Shown piece by piece: positions 28,309-37,432 of a stretch of DNA of 64,000 nucleotides (within the stretch, counting starts at the first letter, position 1; each line of letters starts with the position of its first letter). The position numbers were made by a program, and so were the translations under genes. Source of the stretch: Blastocatellia bacterium (lineage in GTDB: Bacteria; Acidobacteriota; Blastocatellia; UBA7656). The stretch spans positions 736,001 to 800,000 of the forward strand of contig CAVXWP010000007.1 in assembly GCA_963765495.1 (NCBI GenBank), written 5' to 3'. The notes under the pieces were generated by a model. That model worked only from the letters and a program-made list of their open reading frames with translations, ran no database searches and had not been told where the DNA came from.

Positions 28309-29013
28309 TTACGTAGTGGGGGTACCGGCACCTGAGCCGCAGGTAGCATCGAAAGATTGTTCCGCCTCGGCAAGTTGCTTGCCTCTGATCGCCGTGATTA
28401 TTACGGCTGCGGTCTTGACCAGACAGGTGAAGAAGCGACCGTTCTTTAACGCGGGAGAGCCGGGAGTGTAGGCTGCCGGAATCGCGTTGAACTGATCCGC
28501 GTTTTCCAGATGGAGCGCGGCGGCCCCGGCGGCGGGCGGCGTATCTTTAGCGGCATCATCTATCTCTACGGCGAGTTGGTTTCCCTGTGAGACCAGCTTC
28601 TCAAGCACTGCCTTCGCGCCGCCGTTTGTTCTGATGAAGCTCAACAAAGAGGCGTTTCTAACCTTATCGCGGACGAGGGCTTCGACATCAATATCATTGG
28701 CCTTAACCTTGTCGAGGATTGCTCTGAGGTTTCTCTGCAAGGACGAGATGTTGTTCTTCAATCCTCTGGCAGAATCGTCAACCTGCCGCTTCTCATCGGG
28801 GCGAATCTGAGTCCTCTTTTTCAGATTCAGAACCAGGCTTTGAAATTTGCTCAGGTCGTTGCTGAATCTTTCTACGGCGCTTGCTTCGCTGACTATCTCT
28901 GTGAGGTATCGCTGGGCGTTTGCGGTCCTGGCGAACCCGAAGAACTGTGCGGCTACGAACGCGAAGGCGATCAATGACACGGTTGCTTTTCGATACGATC
29001 TTACTCTTTTCAT
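28309..29013 (-). CDS. Uncharacterised exported alpha-helical protein
   Basis: Signal peptide (ANA-Q); heptad-like helices; two C-terminal Cys; AGGAG RBS. Confidence 0.75.
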   Translation of the reverse strand: MKRVRSYRKATVSLIAFAFVAAQFFGFARTANAQRYLTEIVSEASAVERFSNDLSKFQSLVLNLKKRTQIRPDEKRQVDDSARGLKNNISSLQRNLRAILDKVKANDIDVEALVRDKVRNASLLSFIRTNGGAKAVLEKLVSQGNQLAVEIDDAAKDTPPAAGAAALHLENADQFNAIPAAYTPGSPALKNGRFFTCLVKTAAVIITAIRGKQLAEAEQSFDATCGSGAGTPTT

Positions 29014-29155
29014 TTTTAACTCCTATATCTGATTCTCGTTTATGGTTATTGCCCTGAGGGTGAAGGGTCTGTTTTTTCCCTCAATGAAGCGTGAGTCTTT
29101 TTGCGGGGTCGGGCGATTTCTGATTCGATTATCCCCTGACCCTTGCAACTTTGAG

Positions 29156-29761
29156 CTAAGACTTTGTTGCTCTGAACGTGAATGGAAATCTCTTTCCCAA
29201 ACCGCCTTTGCCGTTCAGGACTACCTGGAGCGCAAAGTCCTTCAACCCGGAAAAGGTCTTCTTATACTCGGTCCCTACCGCTGCATTGTCGTTAAAGGTA
29301 AAGGTGTCAAGATTGGTCGGGTTTCCGTTTATGTCTACCTTGCAGACGCTGACCACACACGTCGCCTTGCCGTTGTCGCTCTTCTTGATCGAGATCGTGA
29401 CGGTGTTTTTGTCGAGAGGCGGGCTGAGGAATGTGCGGTTGCTCGGAGAGAGCAGATTGCCCGTCTGCGTATTGCCGTATTCGACGGCGCGCGGCCCTAT
29501 CGTTGCCGGACCATTGTTGGCGAGTGAGTTCCACGTGTTGACAAGTTTTACATAGACCGGAGGCTTGCTGGTGCATTCGGATGTAGTGGCATCTGCGCCT
29601 TCCTGCTGTTTGCACTCTTCTGTGAATTTTTTTAGCAGGTTTCTGACAAATATCGAATTGCTGCAATCGTCGGCGCTTGCCGGAGGCATTACAACAAAGG
29701 TGAGCGCAACCATTATCACGCTCGCGATTACCAGATTCCTTTTCGTGATTCTCCTGTTCAT
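29156..29761 (-). CDS. Uncharacterised exported Cys-containing, beta-rich small protein
   Basis: Signal peptide (ASA-D); five Cys; AAGGAG RBS. Confidence 0.75.
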   Translation of the reverse strand: MNRRITKRNLVIASVIMVALTFVVMPPASADDCSNSIFVRNLLKKFTEECKQQEGADATTSECTSKPPVYVKLVNTWNSLANNGPATIGPRAVEYGNTQTGNLLSPSNRTFLSPPLDKNTVTISIKKSDNGKATCVVSVCKVDINGNPTNLDTFTFNDNAAVGTEYKKTFSGLKDFALQVVLNGKGGLGKRFPFTFRATKS

Positions 29762-29854
29762 CTATTTTATTCTCCTTCTCAAAGTAGTTTGGAAATTTAG
29801 AAAGCCCTTACTCAGGGACGTTCCTGCTATAAAGCCGGATTTAGAATAGTTCTC

Positions 29855-30706
29855 TTAAAAAGCCCCGTCCTGGGTGATCGTCACCGAATCGCTGGAAGCC
29901 ATTCCGGCAAACAGGCTGATACTTGCGGATGTCACTGCGGAACCGCCCGACTTCAACGTGAGTCTTGTCTGCCGCCCGGTTCCGCCTGTGCTTGCTGATG
30001 CCGACCTCCGCGCCCCGTCTTTGTGCAGCGCCTCGGCCTTTACTTCAAACCCGGTGAAAGAGAGATTGCGCGCCGCAGTTGCCGTCCACTTCACATCTAT
30101 GCATTGCTCGCCGGAAGCGCACCCCTGATTTGTAAGCCGTGCTTCGGCAATCGAGATTTCAATCGGGTCTCCACTCGAACGCCCCGATTTTGACTGCAAT
30201 CTTCCCGTCTGTGGTTCGACCGTAAACTCATGTGTGAGCGTCAGCCTTGATGTGATCTTGAAATTGATCCTGATGCTGGCCTTGAACCTCTTGAGATCGG
30301 CCGTGCCGCTTTGCCGTGGATGAGTGGGAACCTTGAATATGGCAGTCCGCGCCGACGGCCTCAAAGAGTTACTGCTGAATGAATTTTTCGACCCGTCCGT
30401 GTAGAAGACTTCCAACCCGGCATCGAATCCGTCAATGACGGTCAATCGTGGAACCTGAGCCGTCCATCTGACCTCGATTTCGGCGGTCGCGGCTACGCCA
30501 ATCGCGGCAAGCCTTCTGACTCGGGTTATATGCAGATCGGGCGGGTCGGATTGTTGCGCCCGACGCGGAACCGCTGCTCGCGCTTCGGGCAGCGCCATCG
30601 CGAGCGACACAAACAGAATAATGACCGCCCTTCGCCCGATCATTTCAGGCAACTCGTCGGTTCGGGGCCGTTCGCTTTGCCTCTCAGTCATCGCCATGCC
30701 GATCAT
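29855..30706 (-). CDS. Uncharacterised exported protein with two duplicated Fn3/Ig-like domains
   Basis: Hydrophobic N-terminal segment; IEVRWTA..DGFDAGLEVFYTDGS versus IDVKWTA..TGFEVKAEALHKDGA; GGAGG RBS. Confidence 0.72.
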   Translation of the reverse strand: MIGMAMTERQSERPRTDELPEMIGRRAVIILFVSLAMALPEARAAVPRRAQQSDPPDLHITRVRRLAAIGVAATAEIEVRWTAQVPRLTVIDGFDAGLEVFYTDGSKNSFSSNSLRPSARTAIFKVPTHPRQSGTADLKRFKASIRINFKITSRLTLTHEFTVEPQTGRLQSKSGRSSGDPIEISIAEARLTNQGCASGEQCIDVKWTATAARNLSFTGFEVKAEALHKDGARRSASASTGGTGRQTRLTLKSGGSAVTSASISLFAGMASSDSVTITQDGAF

Positions 30707-30853
30707 TGGGTCCTCCCATCAAGAGTCTTGTTTGGCCGAATACTTCCGCCTATAATAAGCGTGGCGTTGGACTTCTTTTACCAACTCAATCCACCGGCCC
30801 AACACCACTGCTCATCAACGCAGCCGACGATACGCGGAAACCGGGATTTATGT

Positions 30854-30897
30854 CTTAAAAGGCTTCTAAAAAAGTTCTAAAGAAACCTTAAAAGGCA
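30854..30897. promoter_or_regulatory. Four 11-bp direct repeats, candidate OmpR/ToxR-type wHTH operator
   Basis: CTTAAAAGGCT TCTAAAAAAGT TCTAAAGAAAC CTTAAAAGGCA. Confidence 0.65.
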
Positions 30898-30900
30898 TTT

Positions 30901-32907
30901 ATGAATCATCAAATCAAGCACTTATACGAATTCGAATCTTTTCAACTGGATGCGGCCAGTCGCACCTTATTGCGCGATGGGGAGCCTTCGCCGCTCGCTC
31001 CAAAGGCTTTCGATCTCTTGCTTGCGCTTATCGAAGGGCGCGGGCGCGTGCTGGAAAAAGAGCACCTGATGAAGAGGGTCTGGCCCGATACTTTTGTGGA
31101 CGAGGCCAACATCGCCGTGACCGTTTCTGCGCTCAGAAAGGCTCTCGGTCGCCGCCCCGGTGGAGGGCAATACATCGAAACCGTGCCGAAACGCGGCTAT
31201 CGTTTCGCCGCAAGCGTGCAGGAGGTTACGGCGGATGCGGAAGGGCCACAAGAAGCATCAACTGCCTCTATTGAAGAAGTCGGCTCGCCGGAAACGAATG
31301 GGTGGGAAGTAAGGCAAGTAACCGCGTCATCGGGCGCAGACGCGTCTGCCGAAGATATTGAGCAGCACGTGTCGCGTGAAGCTCTACACGCCGCCCACTT
31401 CCCACAAGCAATGTTCGGAGCGAAGAGGGTCAGGGTTGCTGCGCTTGTCGCGGCGGCAATCGCGACCGTGGCAATCGGGTATTTTGTCTTATTCAAGAAA
31501 GCGACGGCTACGCCTGTTGAACCCCGGCGGCTTGCGATCTTACCTTTCCATAATCTCAAGCCGAACCCGGAGACGGATTTTCTGGGCGTCTCGCTTGCAG
31601 ACGCTGTGATAACAAAACTCGGCGCGGTCAATTCGCTTGTGGTTCGCCCTTCCTCGTATGTCTATCGCTACCGAGATCAGGAGATCGACCCGAGTAAGGC
31701 GGCGCAAGAACTCAAAGTCAACACTCTGATGACCGGCTCTTATATCAAGGACGGCGACACCCTGAGAATCACCGCCCAACTGATAGATGTCTCCGCGCAG
31801 CAGTCGATATCGGTCGGAACGATTGACATCAAATACGACAGGCTGTCAACGGTGCAGGACGAAGTAGCGAGCCGGATAATCGAGAGATTGAGACTCAAGT
31901 TGTCGAGCGCCGAAACGCAGAGGCTCAATCGGGGAAGCGCCCAGGACAATCTGGCTTACGAGTATTTTCTGCGCGGGGTCGATCTCTATTCCCGGAACGA
32001 GTTTCATCCGGCGATAAGCGTGCTGGAAAAAACGGTGGCGCTCGATCCTAACTTTGCGCTGGCGTGGGCGCATCTTGGCAGGGCCTATAACGCCTACGCC
32101 AGTTTCAATTTTGGCGGGCGAAACGAGTATCTGAAGGCGCAGGCGGCCTATGAGCAGGCGCTTACACTTGATGCCGAGCAGGAAGAGGCGATCATCTATA
32201 TGGCCAACACCCTGACCGATACGAATCGGGTAGAGGAATCCACGGCCATGCTGAGACGTCTGGTTGAGACCTCTCCGAATCTGGCCGAGGCCAGATGGGA
32301 GTTGGGTTACGCTTACAGGTTTGCGGGATTGCTGGAGGAATCCATAGCCGAATGCGAGCGCGCCCGCCTGCTTGACCCGGAAGTCAAGATGACCAGTTCG
32401 GCCTTCAACAGCTATCTTTATACGGGACAGTACGAGAAATTCATACGGAGCCTGCCCACAAGAGACGATATTGCCTTTGTCATGTTTTATCGGGGATTTG
32501 GGAACTTCTATTTGAATAACCGGGAACAGGCCGCTGCGGATTTTGACCGGGCCTATGATCTGAAACCCGATCTTTACACGCAGATAGGAAAGGCCCTCAG
32601 CTATAACATAAAGGGCAGAAAAGCCGACGCGCTCGACCTGTTACACAATACCGAGCAGGGAATCGCGACAAGCGGCGTGGGCGATGCCGAGGCGATATAC
32701 AAAGTGGCGCAAGGATATGCCGTTTTAGGAGATAAAGAATCGGCCCTTCGAGTCTTGAAACAGAGCATCGAGCAGGGCTTTTTTTGCTATTCGTATTTCA
32801 TCAACGACCCCTTGCTTGAAAACCTTCGGAGCGCACCCGAATTCGCTTCGCTCATGGACCTGGCGCGCGCGCGGCACGAAGCGTTTCGGCGCAGGTTTTT
32901 TGAATGA
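30901..32907 (+). CDS. Transmembrane regulator: wHTH (Trans_reg_C) - TM - TolB-N-like - TPR
   Basis: YEFESFQLD..LAPKAFDLL..VWPDTFVDEANI..YIETVPKRGYRF; TM helix; LAILPFHN; TPRs. Confidence 0.9.
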   Translation: MNHQIKHLYEFESFQLDAASRTLLRDGEPSPLAPKAFDLLLALIEGRGRVLEKEHLMKRVWPDTFVDEANIAVTVSALRKALGRRPGGGQYIETVPKRGYRFAASVQEVTADAEGPQEASTASIEEVGSPETNGWEVRQVTASSGADASAEDIEQHVSREALHAAHFPQAMFGAKRVRVAALVAAAIATVAIGYFVLFKKATATPVEPRRLAILPFHNLKPNPETDFLGVSLADAVITKLGAVNSLVVRPSSYVYRYRDQEIDPSKAAQELKVNTLMTGSYIKDGDTLRITAQLIDVSAQQSISVGTIDIKYDRLSTVQDEVASRIIERLRLKLSSAETQRLNRGSAQDNLAYEYFLRGVDLYSRNEFHPAISVLEKTVALDPNFALAWAHLGRAYNAYASFNFGGRNEYLKAQAAYEQALTLDAEQEEAIIYMANTLTDTNRVEESTAMLRRLVETSPNLAEARWELGYAYRFAGLLEESIAECERARLLDPEVKMTSSAFNSYLYTGQYEKFIRSLPTRDDIAFVMFYRGFGNFYLNNREQAAADFDRAYDLKPDLYTQIGKALSYNIKGRKADALDLLHNTEQGIATSGVGDAEAIYKVAQGYAVLGDKESALRVLKQSIEQGFFCYSYFINDPLLENLRSAPEFASLMDLARARHEAFRRRFFE

Positions 32908-32918
32908 TGAACTGATGT

Positions 32919-33070
32919 TATGTAGCTCCTCGATCCCTGAGGGTTCGAAGTAAGTTAGCCGGAGCGGGGGCCATCTTTGCGGGAGCCAGGGGCCGGGGGC
33001 CTGTGATCTGCGCCCCGGAGGGGCGCGGCCATTGCATAATCTCGGTGATGATTTCGCCTCGCACTACATA
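32919..33070. repeat. REP-like structured intergenic element
   Basis: Ends TATGTAG...CTACATA; hairpins CGATCCC-TGA-GGGTTCG and GCGCCCC-GGA-GGGGCGC. Confidence 0.45.
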
Positions 33071-33194
33071 CGAGCGTCTGTGGATAAAAATTAAAGACCG
33101 GAAGCAATCAGTTTACATCTATCCAAAATCGCTTATCTTGCCCCGCCCTGATCGGAAAAATCTTACGGCGACAGACTTAACGTAATGGCGTATT

Positions 33195-35159
33195 ATGAAA
33201 GCCGGAATGATCCGCCAACAGAAACATCTCTACACCTTCGGCCCCTTTACTCTGGATGAAGCTGAGCGCGTGCTGATGTGCGCCGACGAGCCTGTCGCGC
33301 TCACGCCAAAGGCCCTTGAGACGCTGCTCGTGCTCGTAAAGACTCCAGGCCAGGTCCACGAGAAAGAGGACCTGTTAAGCAGGATATGGCCCGATACCTT
33401 TGTCGAAGAAGCAAACCTCGCGGTGAATATCTCTACTCTCAGAAAAGTTCTGGGCGAGACGCCGGAGGGCAGCCAGTACATCGAGACCGTTCCCCGGCGA
33501 GGATATCGCTTTGCGGCCGAGGTGAAAAAATCAAGCGTCGAATCGAATGCCTCGCCCGCGCAGGCCGAAAAACCTGTCGGGCAGATCGAGGCCGACACCG
33601 TGCCGGACTCACTTGCTCCCGCTTTTGTCAAAGAGAGAATTGATTCCGGCGGGGAGGGTTTTTCGGCCCGGGGCGGGAATCGAAAACGGGTAGCGGCAGC
33701 AATCCTTGCGGCGCTGCTTTTGACGGCTGCTTTTGTCGCTTACCTGAGTTCATCAAAGACAAAGGTGCGCGACCCTTCTCAACCGAGACGACTTGCCGTC
33801 CTGCCGTTTCAAAATCAGAGACCGGATGCCGATACCGATTTTCTCGGCCTCGCTCTGGCCGATACGATAATAACGAAACTCGGCTATGTAGGCTCGCTCG
33901 TCGTCCGCCCCTCATCTTATGTGCAGAAATACGCCAACAAGGATGTCGATCCGGTTGAGACGGCAAAAGAACTGGATGTGGACACGCTGTTGATGGGGAC
34001 CTATTTCAAGGATGGGCCCGATTTGAGAATCACCCCGCAACTCATAGATGTTACGACCGGCGATCAACTGTGGGGCGACACCATAGATGTCAAATATGAG
34101 AACCTGCTCTCATTGCAAGACATCGTAGCGCGGCAGGTAATCAAGGGGCTGGACCTTAAGCTCACGCCCGACGAAGACGAACAACTCGCTCTCGATCATC
34201 CACAGAACCCGCAGGCGTATGAATCCTATTTGATGGGGCGTTATCTGCTGTCAACGCAGAAGCACAAGACGGCCATAGAGATGCTGCAAAAATCGGTTGA
34301 GCTTGATCCCGGTTATTATCTTGCGTGGGCTTATCTCGGCCGCGCCTATAGCATCAGCGCCCTGCAATATTTCGGCGGTCGGGAGGATTATCTGAAAGCG
34401 CAGGCCGATTACGAGCAATCCTTGGATATAAATCCCGGTCAGATCGAAACGCGTGTCTTTATGGCTATTCTTTACACCGAAACCGGGCACGTCGAAGAAG
34501 CCGTCGCAATGCTCAGAGAAGTGGTCAAGAAGAACCCCAATATCGCGGCGGTTCACTGGCAGTTGAGCTATGCTTATCGCTACAGCGGGATGCTCAAAGA
34601 GTCTATAGAAGAAGGCAGGCTCGCTCGCTCGCTCGACCCCGGGCTCACATCTCATCAATTCAACAGCTATTTTTACGCGGGCGATTATGATGGATTTCTA
34701 AACAGCCTGCCGACAAGAGAAGATGATTACGTTCTTTTCTACAGAGGGCTGGGATATTACTACAAGAGAGACAAAATACACGCGGCGGCGGCCTTTGATC
34801 GCGCATACGAGTTGAATCGGTCAACGGTAATAACTCGGATAGGCAGGGCGTTCAGCCTCTCAATTGCAGGCGACAACCGCAAGGGAAGCGAATTGCTGAA
34901 AGCCACCGAGGCCGAACTTGAACGAGGCGGAGTGGCTGATGGAGAAATCACTTACAAGGTGGCGCAAGGGTATGCCGCGCTGGGTGACAATGCTTCGGCT
35001 GTTCGCGCCCTGCGCCGCAGCGTCGAGGAAGGATTTTTTTGCTATCCGTATCTTGTCAGCGATCCCCTGACCGAAAACCTGCGCGGCCTGCCGGAATACG
35101 CCGCCACGATAGAGATTGCCCGCGCCCGACACGAGAAATTCAAGCGCAGATTCTTTTGA
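33195..35159 (+). CDS. Second wHTH - TM - TolB-N-like - TPR regulator (tandem paralogue)
   Basis: Same architecture; shared motifs TDFLG..LAD..ITKLG, VVRPSSYV, YKVAQGYA, GFFCY. Confidence 0.9.
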   Translation: MKAGMIRQQKHLYTFGPFTLDEAERVLMCADEPVALTPKALETLLVLVKTPGQVHEKEDLLSRIWPDTFVEEANLAVNISTLRKVLGETPEGSQYIETVPRRGYRFAAEVKKSSVESNASPAQAEKPVGQIEADTVPDSLAPAFVKERIDSGGEGFSARGGNRKRVAAAILAALLLTAAFVAYLSSSKTKVRDPSQPRRLAVLPFQNQRPDADTDFLGLALADTIITKLGYVGSLVVRPSSYVQKYANKDVDPVETAKELDVDTLLMGTYFKDGPDLRITPQLIDVTTGDQLWGDTIDVKYENLLSLQDIVARQVIKGLDLKLTPDEDEQLALDHPQNPQAYESYLMGRYLLSTQKHKTAIEMLQKSVELDPGYYLAWAYLGRAYSISALQYFGGREDYLKAQADYEQSLDINPGQIETRVFMAILYTETGHVEEAVAMLREVVKKNPNIAAVHWQLSYAYRYSGMLKESIEEGRLARSLDPGLTSHQFNSYFYAGDYDGFLNSLPTREDDYVLFYRGLGYYYKRDKIHAAAAFDRAYELNRSTVITRIGRAFSLSIAGDNRKGSELLKATEAELERGGVADGEITYKVAQGYAALGDNASAVRALRRSVEEGFFCYPYLVSDPLTENLRGLPEYAATIEIARARHEKFKRRFF

Positions 35160-35207
35160 GACAACCGGCGGCCCGGATACCGGATCATCCAGAATCGGAT
35201 TGAATTT

Positions 35208-35239
35208 GGAGGGATTGGCGTATAAACCGCCAATCCTCC
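35208..35239. terminator. Hairpin between convergent genes
   Basis: GGAGGGATTGGCG-TATAAAC-CGCCAATCCTCC. Confidence 0.5.
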
Positions 35240-35424
35240 TTAAATCTGCCCTGCAATCAAATGGAATATGGTCTGACACTCAAGGACAGGCGCAGGTGTT
35301 ATTGCCCGTGTCCGAGTCCTTTATTTTGAAGATTGCAGACTTCTCCTGCGACTGTATTTGAAGGATCGCGCTCCCTTTTTGCTTGCAGCTATTGAAAGTG
35401 GCTGAAACTCTTACTCCGTTTGAG

Positions 35425-35964
35425 TCAGCCTCCGATAATAAACTCGGCTATATCTCCGGCAGAGATAAGCCCGCGCGTGTAAACCGGGCAGGTCTTTTCG
35501 CTGTACTGGCTTTCAAACAACTCGTCGCATAGATGATCTATGTCGCGCTGGAACTCTTCATCGGTAGAGCGAAACCCGTCAGCAGTCAGAGGGTGGGTGA
35601 TCGGGAGGCGAACGAGCAGGTCATAGCTTTTCATCCACGAGCGACAGAATAAACCGAGCGATTCCGGCTCTTCTCCGGTTGCGCCAAAAAGCCTGATGTA
35701 ATAGGCGTAATTGTCCAGCACCGAGCGATCACATACCAGAACGTCTGCGCGCGGCGATTTTTCTATCTCCAATTGAATTTGCCGCGTGATTATCCAGATG
35801 AATGCCTCGCGCGTGGCCCTCTCGTTTAGCGGGAAAGGACACTCGCGGGCGATCTCCGTCAGCAACTCAACTGTTTTACCCCTGCGCTTGAGCGCCCCGG
35901 CAAGCTCGTATGCTATGGTCGTTTTGTTTACTCCGTGCGTCCCGACAAGGGCCAGCTTTAACAA
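35425..35964 (-). CDS. AAA_28/NadR-kinase-like P-loop protein
   Basis: LALVGTHGVNKTT; EIAR; LVCDRSVLDNYAY; YDLL; DGFR..D.EFQ. Confidence 0.8.
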   Translation of the reverse strand: MLKLALVGTHGVNKTTIAYELAGALKRRGKTVELLTEIARECPFPLNERATREAFIWIITRQIQLEIEKSPRADVLVCDRSVLDNYAYYIRLFGATGEEPESLGLFCRSWMKSYDLLVRLPITHPLTADGFRSTDEEFQRDIDHLCDELFESQYSEKTCPVYTRGLISAGDIAEFIIGG

Positions 35965-36098
35965 ATCTCTTCCTCCTCTACACCTGGCGGCTAAGACCAG
36001 CTAAAAGTTGTAACGCGATTTCTGGGAATGCGCTACCTCTTGATGTTGATTTTGCCGACGGAGTAGTATGCCACAACAACAGAGATCGGAGATCGGAA

Positions 36099-36983
36099 AT
36101 GATCGAGCGTGAAGAGGGGGTTCGGGTGGTCGCCAACCGCCCTGACAGTTCACAAGAAAACGGGCGCACGGGCATAGTTCTGTCGGCTGGGTATTTCGGT
36201 TTTTTTGCCCACGCGGGTTTCATGCTTGCAATCGAAGAACTCGGATTGGATTACGCGGCGATTGCCGGTTCGAGCGCGGGAGCGATAGTGGCGGCGCTTC
36301 ACGCCTCCGGGGTCCCGGCTTCGGAGATTATAGACCATCTGCTTTCGGTGCGAAGAGAGGATTTCTGGGACAGCACAGGGTTTGGCGGCATCTTGCGAGC
36401 GCTCATCAGGCGCGGGCGCGGGTGGACAGGTTTGCTCAGAGGCGATCTGTTTGAAGAGATGATAAGAGACCGGCTCCGCGCGCAAACATTCGAAGCGTGC
36501 CCTCGCTCGCTTTACCTCACTGCCTTTAATCTGACCACGGGGCAGGACGAGACTTTTCATTCCGGCACAATCGCAGACAAGGTGCGCGCCTCTTGCAGCT
36601 ACCCTTTCCTGATGTCGCCCAAAAAGATAAACGGCTCCGATTACTGGGACGGTGGCTTTCTGGCCAAGATACCTGTCGAGGCGCTCGTGGAGGCGGAACG
36701 ACCCGAGCGGTTGCTGATTCATTATCTGCCCACACAGAAAGAAACAAAGAGTTTTGCCGAGCGCAAATGGTCGGCTGTCGGATTGCTTGAGACGGCCCTG
36801 ATTGCAGCGCGCAGCGAAATAGAAACCCATCGCCTTGAGCGCCTGAGCGCGTTCAAGGATATAATCATCTGGGTAGAGCCGGTGGTTCCACGGGCCGGGC
36901 CAAACGATTTGTCGGCTGGCCGCGCAGCGGTCGAGGCGGCTTATCATCACGCGCTCGATACTCTTTCACATCTGAAAGTCTGA
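36099..36983 (+). CDS. Patatin-like phospholipase
   Basis: VLSAGYFGFFAHAG; AGSSAG (GxSxG); RASCSYP; DGG. Confidence 0.88.
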   Translation: MIEREEGVRVVANRPDSSQENGRTGIVLSAGYFGFFAHAGFMLAIEELGLDYAAIAGSSAGAIVAALHASGVPASEIIDHLLSVRREDFWDSTGFGGILRALIRRGRGWTGLLRGDLFEEMIRDRLRAQTFEACPRSLYLTAFNLTTGQDETFHSGTIADKVRASCSYPFLMSPKKINGSDYWDGGFLAKIPVEALVEAERPERLLIHYLPTQKETKSFAERKWSAVGLLETALIAARSEIETHRLERLSAFKDIIIWVEPVVPRAGPNDLSAGRAAVEAAYHHALDTLSHLKV

Positions 36984-37102
36984 TGCGTTCAATGATGCGT
37001 GATTCGTGATACGTGATTTGACAGGACGGTAACCTGGCTTAAACAGACCTCCTGTCTGATATTCACTCGTCACTCTTCACGCATCACTATCCACGCATCA
37101 CG
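36981..37102. repeat. Family C cassette, copy 2
   Basis: GATGCGTGATTCGTGATACGTGA...TCACGCATCAC..CACGCATCACG; core CAGG..CCTGGCTTAAA. Confidence 0.8.
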
Positions 37103-37432
37103 TTTGGAAGCCACTGTCGCGGATGGGGTCAAAAATTTCTACCTTGTGAAACGCTGTCGCGGCTGGTTATAATTTCCAGTCGCCGTCTCTCAGGGCGTAA
37201 TAGATGAAGAGGGAGGGGCTTGCGGGTCCTGCCTGAAGGTCTTAATAGATTTAAAATTGCAAGGTTTTGGCTCATGACTCTTCCATGTCATGAAACAATT
37301 TACGAACAGGTGGGGTAGTACGGGTTTCAGCTGGCAGCTTATGACTCAGTGGAGCAATGAATCGAATAAATGCGCGCGGAATGCTCCGAGCCGGTCCGGG
37401 TTGCGGCTATGCAGTTAAGGAGAAATCAGAAA

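Noticed and set aside
37174-37432. Riboswitch in the long leader of the NHL-repeat gene
   Set aside because: No recognisable aptamer consensus by eye; an Rfam search would be needed.
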